Notes: generated from the sequence alone by a model not told the origin. Positions 26,305 through 40,442 are shown, numbered from the stretch's first letter. The stretch is 64,000 nucleotides of DNA from Basidiobolus meristosporus CBS 931.73 (GCA_002104905.1 MCFE01000059.1:130856-194855), one strand, 5' to 3'. Translations and numbers: made by a program.

Positions 26305-28348
26305 ATGAAGCCCCTGGAGTTGGCTCAGCAGTTCAAAAGAAGAGGCGCTTTTGACGAAATACGGAAGTGTTTACTGAACGACTTCAAGAATCACGTAACC
26401 CAGCCTTTTGTTTGCCTTTCATTGTTTCCCGTGCTGACTTGTTCTTGGATTTCCACCAAACCGTCTACCCCCTAGGAGCGTGGAAAGAAGTTTCAAGAAT
26501 CCGTGGTGAGAATGCTTACCGAGATCACCACCAGGGATCCTTCTTTATTTAAAAAGGATAGATTCGCCTTCCAAAACCTCATGATGAAGGAGATGGAAAA
26601 GTAAGCGTCGACGCCATCGTGTTTCTATCTTCCTCACAGACCACTCAAGAAACCTTCGTGTTAGAAAAATCTCGCTAGCTGAGGTCGAGCTGGAAACCAA
26701 AAGATTACTCGAGGAAGCCGGCACCTATACTTCTAAGATGGAGAGCGAGCTTCGCGCAATTCTCCAGGCTTCAACCAATCTTCCCAAAGGTACGAAGTCC
26801 CTTGCCATAACTAACGTCCCAAGTGATTTTCTCCTATACTAACGCCCCAGTTCTTTCTGAACACGAACATACGTAGACCATCAACAAGAGACGTCGCAGC
26901 TCAAAAAGCGAGTCAGCGAGGTGCAGAAAAGCAGCCTAGAGGATCCGTTGTCCTTGCTCGATTCGATACTCAGCTTCTCGAATACGGCCACCAACTCTGT
27001 CGATCGGATGAAAAAGAAATCTCTGGAGATTCAAGGAGACCTCACCCGAAAACCCTCTAGTGGCGTGGAGCTGTCACGCCATGATAATTCCTCGCCCCGG
27101 AGAAGTGAATTTCCCAAAAACTCCACTCCACACGGATACTCACCACCACATGCGAGAAAGCAATCCAAAGACGGAAGCACGCCGCGGGCTATCTTGGGTA
27201 GTGCCTCGGAGGACCAGTTCGGCGAAAGCGACAGTAAGTTAGACCTTGACCTCAACTAGATTTCCAGTGCTAAACCAATTGTGTATGGCAGGGTTCGTCG
27301 TCAGACGAAGGAGTTCAACCAAAGATGGTGAGCGATTAAGCTCAAGTGAAAAGGTAAAGCGGACTGGGCCAGCCTCCTGATATCTAGCCCTCCACAGAGG
27401 AGCTTACTGATGCCTGTACATCTAGTTGCGTTTCCAGATTGATCAACGAGTTGCTGCATTCGTGCCGATCGATGGTGATGAACTTCAAGAGAAATGTTAT
27501 ATTGTGGTGGTTCGCAAATATGACCCCGCAACCGAGAAGTATGTCCTCTCGCATAGGTTTTGTCAATGTGGATATGGAGGCTTACATGATTCGGTTGCAT
27601 CTAGGTATGTCGTTAGAGACCCGGAGGCGATTGCTGGAGAGAAAGATACCTGGAAAGTTCCAGAGGACAAAATTTACGATTATAAGCGAAATAAAAAACT
27701 TGTAGAGCGAGGTGAAAACCCGTTTTCGGTCGGCGACAGAGTTTATTCCTTATACAAAGATCGCGAAACGGATGAGACCAGTACAGAATTTTATGAAGCG
27801 GTGATCGAGAAGATTGGAAAGGTAGGTTTATCGAAGACGGCGTCGGTGGTCATTCATGCATGCATACTGAACGATCCACACTTTCGTTGAAGAGCACTGT
27901 CCTGGTGAAATTTCTAGATGATAGCGGTGATACCTCGCGACTGTATTATGACGAGCTCTTCAAAGTGAATAAGGTTCGTCTTTGGCAATCCGATCGAATC
28001 TGAAATGGGATTGCTAAATTTGTAGGGCGTTTGTAGAAGAACATGTTGGCCTTCACTGGACAATCCAAGTACCCAAAAATCAAACTGAAAATCAAGAAAG
28101 AATCACCCAACAACAACATTTCTCGGGATCGAAACAATGTCACCAAAAAATTGACGAACGGGCCAAGCGAAGGGAATGAGCGCAGTGAATCTCCGATAGA
28201 AAATACACAAGATTCGAACGGGTCGTTCAGGAAACAAAAGAGGCGGCGGCTAGTTGCCCTCGTTGACGATGATGATGATGATGATGATGACGACAACGAT
28301 GCTAATGATTCGGCAACGCACAATGAACAAGTCACCACCAATTGGTAG
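26305..28348 (+). CDS. Shg1/BOD1-like N-terminal domain fused to Sgf29-like tandem Tudor domain, acidic tail; about 9 exons
   Basis: The N-terminus reads LAQQFKRRGAFDEIRKCLLNDF...RDPSLFKKDRFAFQNLMMKEM. In-frame introns 27234-27291 and 27354-27425 join it to FQIDQRVAAFVP...KYVVRDPE...FSVGDRVYSLYKDRETDETSTEFYEAVI...VLVKFLDD. Confidence 0.72.
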
Positions 28349-30792
28349 AGCTATGAGATTCGGGTTTATGAAAGAGTCGGCACAATAGAGGTCCATCACT
28401 GCTGCTATTTTCAGTTTGCTTATCCCGACATCCCAAATCAAGATATTGATTGCTGAATATCTTTTTGTAAAGTATCAAGTTTTTCCGTAAAGCATGCTTT
28501 GACTCGACTGCAAAGTAATAAACTGATTTAGAGATAACCAGTGCATCTCCACTTCCTTCACTCTTCATTTCATGAAGATATGGGCTTCGCCATAGACCAC
28601 TGTTGGGGCAGATTTTGATATAATTGACGGGACGACTTTGAAATGATTACTTTCCCAAGTCTGACAGAATAATAGCTATGTTACTGCAGTTTTTCCTGCC
28701 ATTTCCCGATTCCGTCAGGCGCAGAAGCACAAGCCTGGAGAAATCCCAGCTCAAGAAAGGGATGGTGCATTGAAAGTGGTATGGTGAAGTAACACCACGA
28801 TTCTGATTGAGCCTACTTTTTGGAAACCAATTACTTGGTAACTAATTGCTAGAAACCCAAGTGGGCGGAGGTGGGGTATGAAAGGTATTTTCTAATTAAA
28901 CATGTTTCAAATTCTAGGAGACAAATCTACCGACCGAACCCCCATTAGCCCATAACGGCAGAAGAGCCCAGCAAAGGGAGAACACCTATATCTTACTTTA
29001 TTTGTGATATTATAGGAGAAGTCTATTTGGCCAAACTCGATAGATTGAACGGAGCGGGGATAGGCTAGAGGTAATGGAGTAAGGAGTTGTGCATAGATTG
29101 ATTGAAGCCGAAAGTACTGTAGGAGTCAGCTTAAGGAGTGTATGTAAGTGGTTTATGGTATCAAGACATTTAAAGCCCAAGTTCTGCCAAAGTTTTTAAA
29201 CATCCGGACCCATCGTTCAGCTTTCATACACAACGCTCATACACTCCTATAAAGCACCGCTCTTTAGGTGTCGTGGTAGGGAGAATAAGGCTTGAGAGGA
29301 CTGGTAAATGCAGGTCTAGGCTTCGTTACAACACCCAGCGTTACCAAGGTAAGAATACCATGTATACCGGATCGTATACGGTGGCATTCTTATCGAATGG
29401 ATTTATTTGGAGATGGTTGTTAGCCAAACGACCGCTTTGTAATTTTGGATCGCTATCGTTAATCATATGGTTCAGTAACCCCTTAGCCCTCCAATTCATG
29501 GTGTTAGAACGGTTCTGTGTAGCTTGCGCTCCGTGGATCCTAGTACACCGTATGACATCTCGCTCAATTCTTCTGAACATGATTACACCGAGCACTCCTC
29601 AAACGGTCATCCCAAGATGAATCCCAATCAGTGCAACAAGTGAAATAATTTGTTATTATCCCTAGACATCCCCTATTTGTTCCTTTTCCCCGGTTTTTGA
29701 TGCATAGAATGATACCATATATGTAGCCTACAAAATCCACCGAATTACTTTATCCCTTATCGTGACGTGGAACTAGGAAATTAGCTTCTGCAACAAGCTA
29801 TATATGTTTATCGTAGTCACTGCTGTGATCAATCACACAGGGAAGTGTTTCATTGAAGTCCATGCTCCCAGTACTAGTAACCTTGGTAGCCAGTCTAGTC
29901 GGGAGTTTATGGTGCCTGCAATCAAAGGACAAATAAGGAAGTTGGGGCTTTCACAAACCGATTGCGTCACCGTAAGAGAATCACTGGTAGAAATGGAGTC
30001 GGAGTGGTTGCTGTAGTGGATCTTGCCAAATATATGGGAATCTGAAAATTCCAGTCCACACAATCAACAATACGATCACGCACGATCGGTGACCGCTAAT
30101 CATCACCTATCAAACTAAGCGTATTGATCAGGCTAGACCTCGAACTGTATGAGCCCGCATCAACAGCTCAACCTCAGACTGACCAAACTGCTGCTCACCT
30201 GACATTCATCAGTGTTCTCCTTGTTCTGTGAGTTAGAGAAACCACGGTGACACCTAACGATGGGATATGCCAGGAAAATACGACTTTTGTGCTGATCTGC
30301 ACAGCCTGGAATACAGTCATCATGGGTAGAAGTTAATTCGAGTATACGGAGTTCCGGATGATGCCATATTATGGAGTTCAGCTAGGCCCAAGATTTTGTG
30401 GCTTTGCTGAAATTACTGCATTCCAACATTAGTATTACGATTCGATCGATATGCTACAGGTTGATCTGATGGTGTATGGATTTCATACACATCCTTTGGA
30501 ACTGGTAGTGCTCAGGCTCTAGGTATCCAGAAAGATCAAAGGTTTGTTATTTATTGCTATACAGCATCCGCTATGGAGGTGGACAGAGGATCATAGTAAG
30601 GAGCTGGGGAACATCCAATCCCCCAAAAATATATACATGTGGTAAATCATTAAGCATTTCATAGCAAGGTTGAGCGCGTGGAAGAGAATCCAAAGGCTGA
30701 TGTTTGCATGAAGTGATAACCACCTTGATGGAGTAAATACAACCTGATCTAAGGCTTTCTTGGTGCCCAAGTTGGGTGGAATTTCAAGGGAT

Positions 30793-31722
30793 TCAAGATG
30801 CTTTTTTATAGATTTCCCGGCACTTTTCCTCTACTTTGTAGTGTCGGTTTAGAGCGTCCGATCTTGGGAAGCTTTTGTAACATGCAATACATTCATAAGG
30901 ACGGTTGCCTGTGTGCAAACGAGTGTGGCGCTGAAGGTCGTGCTTTCTAGCAAATGAGCGAGAACAGAACCCGCAGGAATGCGGGCGGAGATTGGAGTGG
31001 CTACGCATATGTGAAGTGAGATTGTACTGGCGACTAAACGATTTGGGGCAGCCTGGAAATGTGCATTTGAAGCTGTGTGTGGCGCTCAGCTCGCTACAAC
31101 AGGTATTTTTGGAAGGTTTCTCCGGTAGAAAATCTTGGGCACATGCCTTCTTCGAGTGCAATGGAACAGATGTGGGTGCCATCTTAGGCCCTTTGGTGGA
31201 AGGTTCGTAAACTATGAACTTGATCTGCTCCAGGGCCTTGTGGGGCGGAACCATCTCAACATGGCTGTCAATTGTGTTCTCATTGAAATTCAGCGCTTTG
31301 AATACCAAGTTCTCCCAGTCATCGTTTGAGTGTGGAGATGGGTGATTGCTCATCATCTGTGTGATGTCACAGTCTAAAAATAACCGACTCTCCCTAGTTG
31401 GGGTAATAGGTAAGGGGGTTAGCGATTCGCATTCCGAAATCTCGCTTCCAAAATGGTTGAACTCCAGGTCGAGCCCTATCTGCAATGGAGTTGTCAGCAT
31501 GCCCTCCTCAGACGCAAAAGCCCCGTTACAAAACGAAGCGTCAGTGGAATATTTCAACTCCGAGAAAGGGTTGAACTCACACTCTAAGGAATCCGAAAAG
31601 CTGTATGAAATAGCATCCTCGATAAGGGGAGGCGTGTTTATGGCGGGTTGTAGTTGGCCAGGAAAGTAGCTAGAACTTAATATATAGTCACTCACAGAGT
31701 ATTCATTATCAGGGATTGACAT
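30793..31722 (-). CDS. C2H2 zinc-finger transcription factor (three fingers, Crz1/EGR-like)
   Basis: CTFPGCPKSFSRQYNLTSHMRSH, CGFCSRSFARKHDLQRHTRLH-TGNRPYE-CIACYKSFPRSDALNRH. Acidic S/P-rich N-terminus. Confidence 0.9.
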   Translation of the reverse strand: MSIPDNEYSVSDYILSSSYFPGQLQPAINTPPLIEDAISYSFSDSLECEFNPFSELKYSTDASFCNGAFASEEGMLTTPLQIGLDLEFNHFGSEISECESLTPLPITPTRESRLFLDCDITQMMSNHPSPHSNDDWENLVFKALNFNENTIDSHVEMVPPHKALEQIKFIVYEPSTKGPKMAPTSVPLHSKKACAQDFLPEKPSKNTCCSELSATHSFKCTFPGCPKSFSRQYNLTSHMRSHSNLRPHSCGFCSRSFARKHDLQRHTRLHTGNRPYECIACYKSFPRSDALNRHYKVEEKCREIYKKAS

Positions 31723-34700
31723 TTTGGTACTTTCAGAGCGCTTGGTGTATAGCTTGCCAGTACACTATCGATGGCTGTGATGGTTTTGTATAGGTAGCTG
31801 GGGATGTTGTTTATATATCCGTGCCCGCACACACTAGTTTCCGGATGCTACGATGAAAAGCGACGTATGCTGGGAGATCTCGGGAAACGTGATTAGGATG
31901 AGCTAGGTAAGACAGGAGATGGTCATGGACGATAAACAAATCATATATTTTACAATAGCCTCGAAAACATATCATCTCTCCACTGACACTTGAACTCAAA
32001 AATCTTAAGGAAAAGTAATTCAATTTTATGTGCAAGTCATGGAGTGTTCAATAACCGGTATTATGAGCATCTCGTATGTGGGCCAAGAACAGGGCTATTC
32101 CCGACCTTTTCGGAGCAGTTGTTATTTTATTGTATTGATACCTACTGGAAATGGCTGATCCACCGCATGCATGATCATATAAAGCGGAGCGGTGGGCGAA
32201 TAAGGAAAATCCCCTAGCAGGTTTTGTGGCGTGAATGGGTACTCTTTTGAATCAGCGTACGCATTTAGAAATAAGGTTAAGGCTTTGGTATGGACTACCA
32301 TATCTGCGCGAGGTGGGTATGGGCTCCACCCTATACCACAATATTTGAATTGGGCAAACGAAACTCTTCCACAGCTAGGCGCCACAAGGGCTTGGGAACA
32401 CCCCATCAAAAAAGGGAATAATTATCTGCGTTCAGATATGGGGATTGTGTTGTATTTGGATGAATCGAGTTCTACAGGCGAATCGCTCTGGCAAGTACAA
32501 TTGTGCACACTGTAAGGTACTGAATGAATCTGTAAACTATCCATCGTGAGGGTTTCCATTATGAATGGAGTATATTATCAATATCAGGGTCTGATATCCC
32601 TATGGGTTGACATTTCTACGTGGTTTCTAGCATGCTCTACCGGGTAGCCCGATTCTTACCCCATGGAGGGGATGTAGAATTACCAGGTTTCACTGAACAC
32701 ACAGCATTGGGTCTACCAGGTGAGATTCTTCATCTAAGCATATACAGCCTAATTCGCGGCCGATACGTGTAATCGACAGTGCAGCATGCACGGTGTATTT
32801 GAGCGAGAAAACCGATATCTCTGGACCTTGCAACAGTGTTCCCCACCCCCTAAACTATTTGGAAAGGTCAGATGGATGTGTTGAGTAAACCCATCGCTAC
32901 TGATGCATTGGGCCTGAAAAGTAGCTCACTCAACAGCCAACCGGCCTGGTTGGCCAACGTAAGATTACTCAGTCCTTGATTCATATCCAAAAATTCAAAG
33001 CTCGGTAGATTCAATCAATTATAACAGCATGTTTTAGACTCGATTTAGGATGGATGGCTTCGACATTATCTCCTCTTTTGAGCATGGTGGCAACACTTCT
33101 TGACATCCAGGTTTCAATTCAGCTGAATGACATACTTGAGTCATCGAATGGTCCGACAAGAAAGCACCCTCAAGCTCCTTTAACTGCGTGAACAAATCCA
33201 TTGGTATCATATGAAAGGCCCTTTCGAGAGTACCATGGATCAACTAGTGGTTTGCGGTAATTCCATTGACGGATTGTGTTGCATTTGGGGCGTATTGTTG
33301 ATTGTACGTCGTTACTTCATGACGGTGACATGTATCGACTCGCTATTCTGGGCAGCTACACTCAAAGATTGTCGATTCTGATAGGAAGCAGCAATGAGGT
33401 TCGCTCCATCTATCCCACCAACCATTCTACTCACGGCGGTCCGAATGGGTATTTAATTGATCATTGGCATACCACGGCTCTATTGAACGTGGCTTGGGAC
33501 AGCACTACGATATGCTGCGAAACTCCTCCATAACCCCGTATTACTCTTGGGCTTGCCTCCCACTCTTTGATTGGAAATGATGATCCATTATACTGAAGGG
33601 ATTTTCCTAATATGTCCTTCCAACCTCGCCAATATATCCCGAATAAAGAGCCACTTGGTAAGAACTATTGCTGGGAACCCGGATCCGAACAACAGGTAAT
33701 GTCTCAAGCTCACTCTTTACTTGCTTGTGTGATGATGACTGATGTTCCGTTTTGTGTAAATTCTGGGCAGTATCATAAAAGTAGTTTTGATTTCAGCCAT
33801 ACCTGGTGGCTTGTTGGACTTGCCAAGTTTGAAGACCTTACAAAGTGGTCTCATTTACGGAAGTGGAATAGGGTTCTGGAGTTTCAAATCCAAACTCTTC
33901 CTAAATTCCGATCTACCAGTGACCCAAACATATGATTGCCAACTCAGTGAAACTTCTATCGCACTGCACCAAGCATGTGGTCTGGAACCATTCCTGACTA
34001 TGCACAAAGCCACATCTTGTGGCTAAGCTCAGTTATCTGGGTAATTCGTCAATTCACATTATGGGTACTGTTGGAATGCGCCTTGTCTGTGGTACCGATC
34101 CTTTCACCTTGTAATTATCAATTGATATCACGAAGATAGCAGGACTTTCCGTATCACTGGCTCTTAAAATTGAACTGATCTGTGAGACACAATCACAAAT
34201 CGGTATAAGCTGCTCGGAGAAATGATCCACTTGGGACGATAGACAAGCACAGTCCAAATTACCAAACACATCCGGTAATGAGATAGAGTCTTGGATAGCC
34301 CGAGGTCCTAGACCCTGTCCAAAGATATTATCTTTGGCACACGCCTCTTAGTTACCAGCGCTGAAAAGAATGCCGAGGATTGTGCATCGTAATATATGAA
34401 ATGATGTACCCGGCTGAGCCTGGCTTTGACTTCTTTTTGAGAAATAACCTGGCAATAGTTTTCTTTACAAATCAATACGATATCTAGACAAGCGAACATG
34501 AAAATCACATTCGGAATTTATTCCAAGAGAAACACGTGCTAAAGCTTCAGTGAAAATAGGGTAAGTCCGACTCTAGGAGAATCCACGAGACCAGTTTATG
34601 CCATCTCTTCAAACTGAGATGCCGGCATGGGCAAAAACATTTCCCAGAGTATATTAAATCATTAGAACCTTGCAGCCAGACTGGCTGCTAGACATTGTCT

Positions 34701-36712
34701 AGATTACTCAGTCTCTGAAGCTCTTCACGAATCATGAATATGAGTGTTGGGCGAACGAACCTACAATGCATAATGGTCTCACCGTGAATGATTGATCTAT
34801 CGTGTGACACGAACAGATTTCAGTCTCTAATAAGCTCTAATCGATTCCACTCCGGTGATATGAGTTAAAACTACCCCAAGAGAGCCGTCATGCAAACATG
34901 CAGTCGGGTGGATGTGCTCTTACCCAAATGCTGCGTTAGTCATCAGTGAAAAATAATGCACACTGCAAACAAAATCAATTGGCTCTATGTCCAGGTATTC
35001 TCCCAGCCTGCATAGCAATAGTTCGAGAGTATGCGATGGGCTCAACCAATATTTATGAGCACCCTTGTAGTCTGATTTCTACTACCACACTCGGCACAGA
35101 ACGTCAAAGGTGATGGTGGCTCAAAGTCTTCAATAGAATGAATATGGTCTCTGAATCGCGATCACAGGTGGAGGCTATACGCTATTATTGACCATGAAAA
35201 TGATGAGCGTTATTGCGCTAATTGAAAGCCATGCGTCATGCCTTAAGTTTTAATGGCCTGACGTACACTCTGTCGGTATCATTTATAGGGTTACGTATCT
35301 CCGACAGATCATCTATACAAAAATTATGCTTTGAGCAAACGGACAGTATGTAGAAGGGATAGATGACCAAGTTTCATTAGCGATCGATGGAGGGCTGACG
35401 GACTTGGATGGTCTTCAGTATATTTAAGATTTCCCCGAAAATGACCACAAACTATACCATTCCAGCTAGGCATCACGATGCTGGCCCTGAAGATTATCCA
35501 AGTTACTGACGGGCCTAGTCAAGCATAGTCATGCAATCAGCATGACTAGTATCAATCTAGCTTTGGTGAAATCGTAAAAGTCCGTTACTGCTACAGCTGC
35601 TTTGAGCTGCCCTTAACGACAATGTGTGGGTGCCATTAATTGAGGGTAGGTGCCCTTTAGTAAGCATGAGCGCTTGATGACCTCATGTGAAACAGTAACA
35701 CTTGCAACACTTCCCATTTCGATATTTCCACTGCGCCTTCTGTAAGAGATTCCATTTTTTGAACATCCAATCAAGAAAGGGAATTGGTGTACTTGGTGCC
35801 TTATTGGGAATGACTAAGAATAGATTTGCCACCAGGTCAAATTCATCAAGTGAAAATGGGAATTCCTAGATGATTGATTGCGGCGAAGGCGGGCCTATTT
35901 CTCCATTCTCTAAGTACTGTATTATTTGATCAGATTATGTTGGGCAGGGATTGAACAGTACGTGCTTAGGCTTTGTAGACTTACACTGTTACCAAAGAGC
36001 CAGCACCGCATCTGGCGCCCAAGTAGCTATCCCAAACTTACCAAAGCTAGATATTATTTGCGATCACGATGAAGCTGGGAGAGGTGGTCGTTTTGGGATG
36101 GTGGGGAAGCCCATTCAAGCATCTGAAGTTGGATTAACCTTGTTCTGTGTCGGTTTATTTTGGAATACGCGATAATGGATCATACTCTCAGCCACTGTGC
36201 ATTTGGAAAAGATCTTAATTAAAGTCAGTCAAGGGATATTTTTATTCACGTCAAAAGCCGAAGCCCCCTATCAGAATCAATACGCTCATATCTCAAGTAA
36301 GACATCGCGCGTATGGGCTTGACTAATAGCAAGTTATTTTTGAATACTTGTCAATGTTGCGCCAAATGTTCATTTATCGCTGTTCCATATAGAAGTCGAA
36401 TTTAAGTAGAGATGAATATAATTGCATTGGGCACACTTCTGATTGATTGGTGGGCTTGGCCAATATAGGGTTACACTGTTTTTTTGTAAGTGTACCGAGT
36501 ACTCCCCCACATCGTGCCTATGAATCATCTTTTCAATTTAAAAGCAGATGGGTTGATCCTTCCAAACCCATCTACGGCTGATTCGGTCCTCAACCCTGAA
36601 TTAGCAGGAATTCTGCGTATTGTTGATATATATATATTGCCTGGTTAGAGCCTCTTTCCCCCTTACATTCCCTTCTACCCCATCGACCTGCTAGACAGTG
36701 TATTGTACCATT

Positions 36713-38351
36713 ATGAAGTCCTTACTTAACCGCCTCGCTGTTATCGCCACCACACTAGCAGCAGTTCAAGCCCAGATTGACAAAGAGGGTCAATGGGATT
36801 TAATCGGACACTCGGGCGTCTCGGCGATGCATATGGCTCTGACCCACACCAACCATGTAATTATTCTCGACAGAGTGCAAAAAGCCTCCAAATTGTATCT
36901 TCCTAGCGGTGACTTCGCTTGGGGATCAGAGTACGACCTGGAAACAAACACAGTCCGTCCTTTGGACTTGAAGAGTAATACCTTTTGCTCAGCCGGTGGA
37001 TTTTTATCGGATGGGGTATGTGGTAATCAAAACGCACCTTCTGCAACCGATACTAACCGTATTGCCTTTACAGACATTGATCAACGTATCCGGTTCTCAG
37101 GGTAGAAGAAAGATCAAGGAAGGGTTTAATGGTATCCGCTCGTTCAAGCCTTGTACAAATAAACTATGCGACTTCAACCAAGATTTCAACATTACACTCG
37201 AAAGCAAAAGATGGTATCCAACTGTTGAAGGACTTGCTGACGGAAGGCTGATTATCATCGGCGGTTCAACAACCACATGTGCCGTCAATACCGAAGAGAT
37301 CAACGTTCCTACATTCGAGCTTTACCCCCAACTACCTGACGACCCGTTCAAAGGACAAAAAGAGCTCAATTTATTGAAAGAAACGCTTCCTAACAATTTA
37401 TACCCTGCTGCACACTTACTGCCCAACGGCAATCTATTCATTTTTGCAAGCACCAAATCTGTGATTTTGAACACAAAGACATGGGAAGTAGAAAGAGAGC
37501 TTCCAGAAATCCCCGGCGGCGTTCGTACTTATCCACTTACTGGTGCCTCTATCCTGTTACCACTTTCCTCCGAAAACAAATATCAGGCTGAGGTGCTGAT
37601 ATGTGGCGGTAGTACAAAATACAACAGAAATAGCCCCGGTATAACTTCCTGCGGTCGTATAAACCTAGATGATGAAAACCCACAATGGGAGATGGAAGAA
37701 ATGCCAATCCCTCGAGTTATGCCCGACATGATGGCCCTCCCTGATGGAAAGCTGATTATCTTGAATGGTGTACAAGTTGGCACCGCAGGATTTAATCGTG
37801 CCAGCAGCCCCGCCTTCTCACCAGTCATATATGATCCCAAAGCACCCAAGGGAGAGCGCTTTACCACCTTAAGGCCTTCAACAATCCCTAGAGTTTATCA
37901 TTCCACCGCCATCCTAATCCCCGATGGGCGTATATTTGTCGCTGGAAGCAATCCAAACACTGATGCCACCTTTGAGAAGGTCGATTATCCTACGGAGTAT
38001 CGTATTGAGGCGTTTTCCCCACCATATTTGTTTGGCGAAACGCCACGACCTGTCATCAATAAGGTTCCAGAGAAAATCACTTATGGCGAAAGCTTTGAAT
38101 TAGATATCGGTTACTTCACAGAAAATCCAGAGATTAAGGTAGTGTTAATTCATACGGGCTTCGCCACACATAGCACACATATGAGTCATCGTCATGTTAC
38201 TCTGGAACAGGTGAAGATCGAGGGAAACAAAATCACAGTGAGAGCACCACTTAACGCCAACATTGCCCCACCCAAGCATTATATGGTGTTTGTACTAGAA
38301 AACAACATACCATCTATTGCCAAGTGGGTACAGGTGGTGAATAAGATCTAA
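36713..38351 (+). CDS. Secreted copper radical oxidase (glyoxal oxidase, AA5_1-like); one intron
   Basis: Signal peptide present. Cofactor motifs TFCSAG (Cys), RWYPT (Tyr), RVYHST (Tyr-His) and GFATHS (His). One intron starting near 37016. Confidence 0.92.
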
Positions 38352-39091
38352 ATTAAGGCAATCTTCTATTTTGAGACGAAAGCCCTTTTTGACCTACCAT
38401 CGCTAGATACCCTCTCATTGTCTTTTTTAAATAAACACCGATAATATATTTCTAGATATCGCATTCATTCCATCTTATTATCACGCCTGCTTTCTCATTT
38501 GTACAACAATCTCCCTTCTAGTTGCTCTAAGGCTGGTGTCCCACAGTTGCAGTTATGCTTGGGCGTAATAAACTACCTATTCTATAAACGGGTTTCCTGA
38601 CCCAGGAATCTATGTTGTGCCGTTGTGTCAATAGTGATAAGACCAGGGTTCATATAGCAATATCTCGTGTGACTCTAGAAATCAAGAAGCTCTATTAATC
38701 AGGAAATGCTGTGGCATATAGACTTTCATGAGTAGTCTGGAGTAATACACCGTGCCGCGGTTCCCAACAGGCTTGGGAGACATTGGATATATATCCCTTA
38801 ACTACTGGTGGCACAGTACCTATTGCCGCCCTTTTGCGTCGGACCTTTTTATCAATCAGTACCTGGAATTACCTTTACCTGATCTTCCAGTGTGCTTGTA
38901 GTTATGGGCGGCTAAGTTGCAAACGATTGCTTGGACTTCCAATAGCTCCTTGCTATTTCCTACAGTACTGAAAACACTTCTATTTAGCAAGCTACATGAT
39001 TGCTCAAAGCAGAAGATTCGAAGACGGGCCCCATTGAACAAATTTATTTTAGTTATCCCAAGGAGATAGAAATCAAGGTGCACGGATTTCA

Positions 39092-40072
39092 TTATTCGGC
39101 CTTTTTGAATTCAGGTTTGGCTGGGATTGTGAAAGGAATGAACCTTGGTACTGCCTTTTTGTAGATCTTGTAAAGTGGATACTTTTTCTGTGTCAACATT
39201 TCAGTCACCAGAGTGGAGGCTTGGAATAAGGCGGTCAGTGACAGCGTACCAATGCCTGTCCAATGGAACCAAGTTGCACCTTCCATACTTGAAATGCCAA
39301 ACAAATAGATTCCCCACCAAAAGGCCATCTCTCCAACGTAATTGGGATGTCTTGAAATCCCGAAGAGACCACTTGATAAGAATCCTCGCTTATAATCGTC
39401 TTCAAGAACAGCATTGGTCCGGATTAAATGGTGCTTACGCTCTTGGAAATTCCACTGTTGTTGATCGGCAACGATTTCTAATAGGATAGAAGCTAGACAA
39501 ATTCCAGCCGCTGCGGTGTCGAGCCAATTATATGCCACCTTGTTTCCAACTCGAAGCACCACATAGCCCGGGAAAACCAAAGCTAGCAGAAGAAGATTCT
39601 GCCAGATGGCGATGAAAACCACATTCAAGATCTGAAACAACACCGGATGGAGGAAAGATCGAATGACGGGCCAACGGTAATCTTCTCCTGCCCAAGTATA
39701 TCCTCCTTTGCGATGGAAGTTATATGTAAGTCTGGCCCCCCATATCGTGGTTAGATAAAGAACCAAGCGTACTCGAGTGATTTGTAGCATCTCTTGAATA
39801 TCCCCCAATCCGAAGCACCATACCCACAGATAATACACCGGGAGTATTGACCATAGTTTGTCAACTTGCGAATAGTTCCCACTGATAACAGAGAGCAACC
39901 AAGTCACAAACGTAGCAAAGCCGCATATTACCAACGCATAGACAAATGGATCCGAGGCAGACAGGGCGACTATGTTCGGGTGCAAGTTGTCCAATCCCCA
40001 ACCATTGTTACCTACTTGAAACCAAATAGATTCAAGGAATGAATATGTTGCGTTCCATGTAGTGTAATCCAT
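39092..40072 (-). CDS. DUF1295 / steroid 5-alpha-reductase-like membrane protein
   Basis: NYSQVDKLWSILP, WGARLTYNFHRKGGY, GEDYRW, ADQQQWNFQ, SGLFGISRHPNYVGEM. Confidence 0.88.
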   Translation of the reverse strand: MDYTTWNATYSFLESIWFQVGNNGWGLDNLHPNIVALSASDPFVYALVICGFATFVTWLLSVISGNYSQVDKLWSILPVYYLWVWCFGLGDIQEMLQITRVRLVLYLTTIWGARLTYNFHRKGGYTWAGEDYRWPVIRSFLHPVLFQILNVVFIAIWQNLLLLALVFPGYVVLRVGNKVAYNWLDTAAAGICLASILLEIVADQQQWNFQERKHHLIRTNAVLEDDYKRGFLSSGLFGISRHPNYVGEMAFWWGIYLFGISSMEGATWFHWTGIGTLSLTALFQASTLVTEMLTQKKYPLYKIYKKAVPRFIPFTIPAKPEFKKAE

Positions 40073-40442
40073 GCTTTAGTATCGGTGGTGAAAGTAGCAA
40101 ACTTGAGACTTGTCTAAGCCACAAGTGAATACTCACGTTTCGAAGAATGAATAACGATAGCAAAAAGATTTGCTTTTTGGTGACTTTCTGGGACCCTAAT
40201 CCTGGCCCCCAAAGCTGCATTGCGCAATCATCAATTTCCAGCACAAGCTACAATTATAATCGAGCATTTCACTGATGCGAATATAATTTGGTATTTATTT
40301 CTAGCATGCGTGGTTGCACAGATACACTCAAATTTAACTTGGATTTGGAATTGGTGTTCACGTAATGGAGGCATCGCGCCAAATCAATAAATAAATACAT
40401 CCTCCTCTGGGTAGACAAGCGCTCCATTCTTTAAAACTACTG

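Noticed and set aside
35526-35548. Perfect 9-bp hairpin TAGTCATGC-aatca-GCATGACTA
   Set aside because: Isolated, and of a size that can occur by chance in 64 kb.
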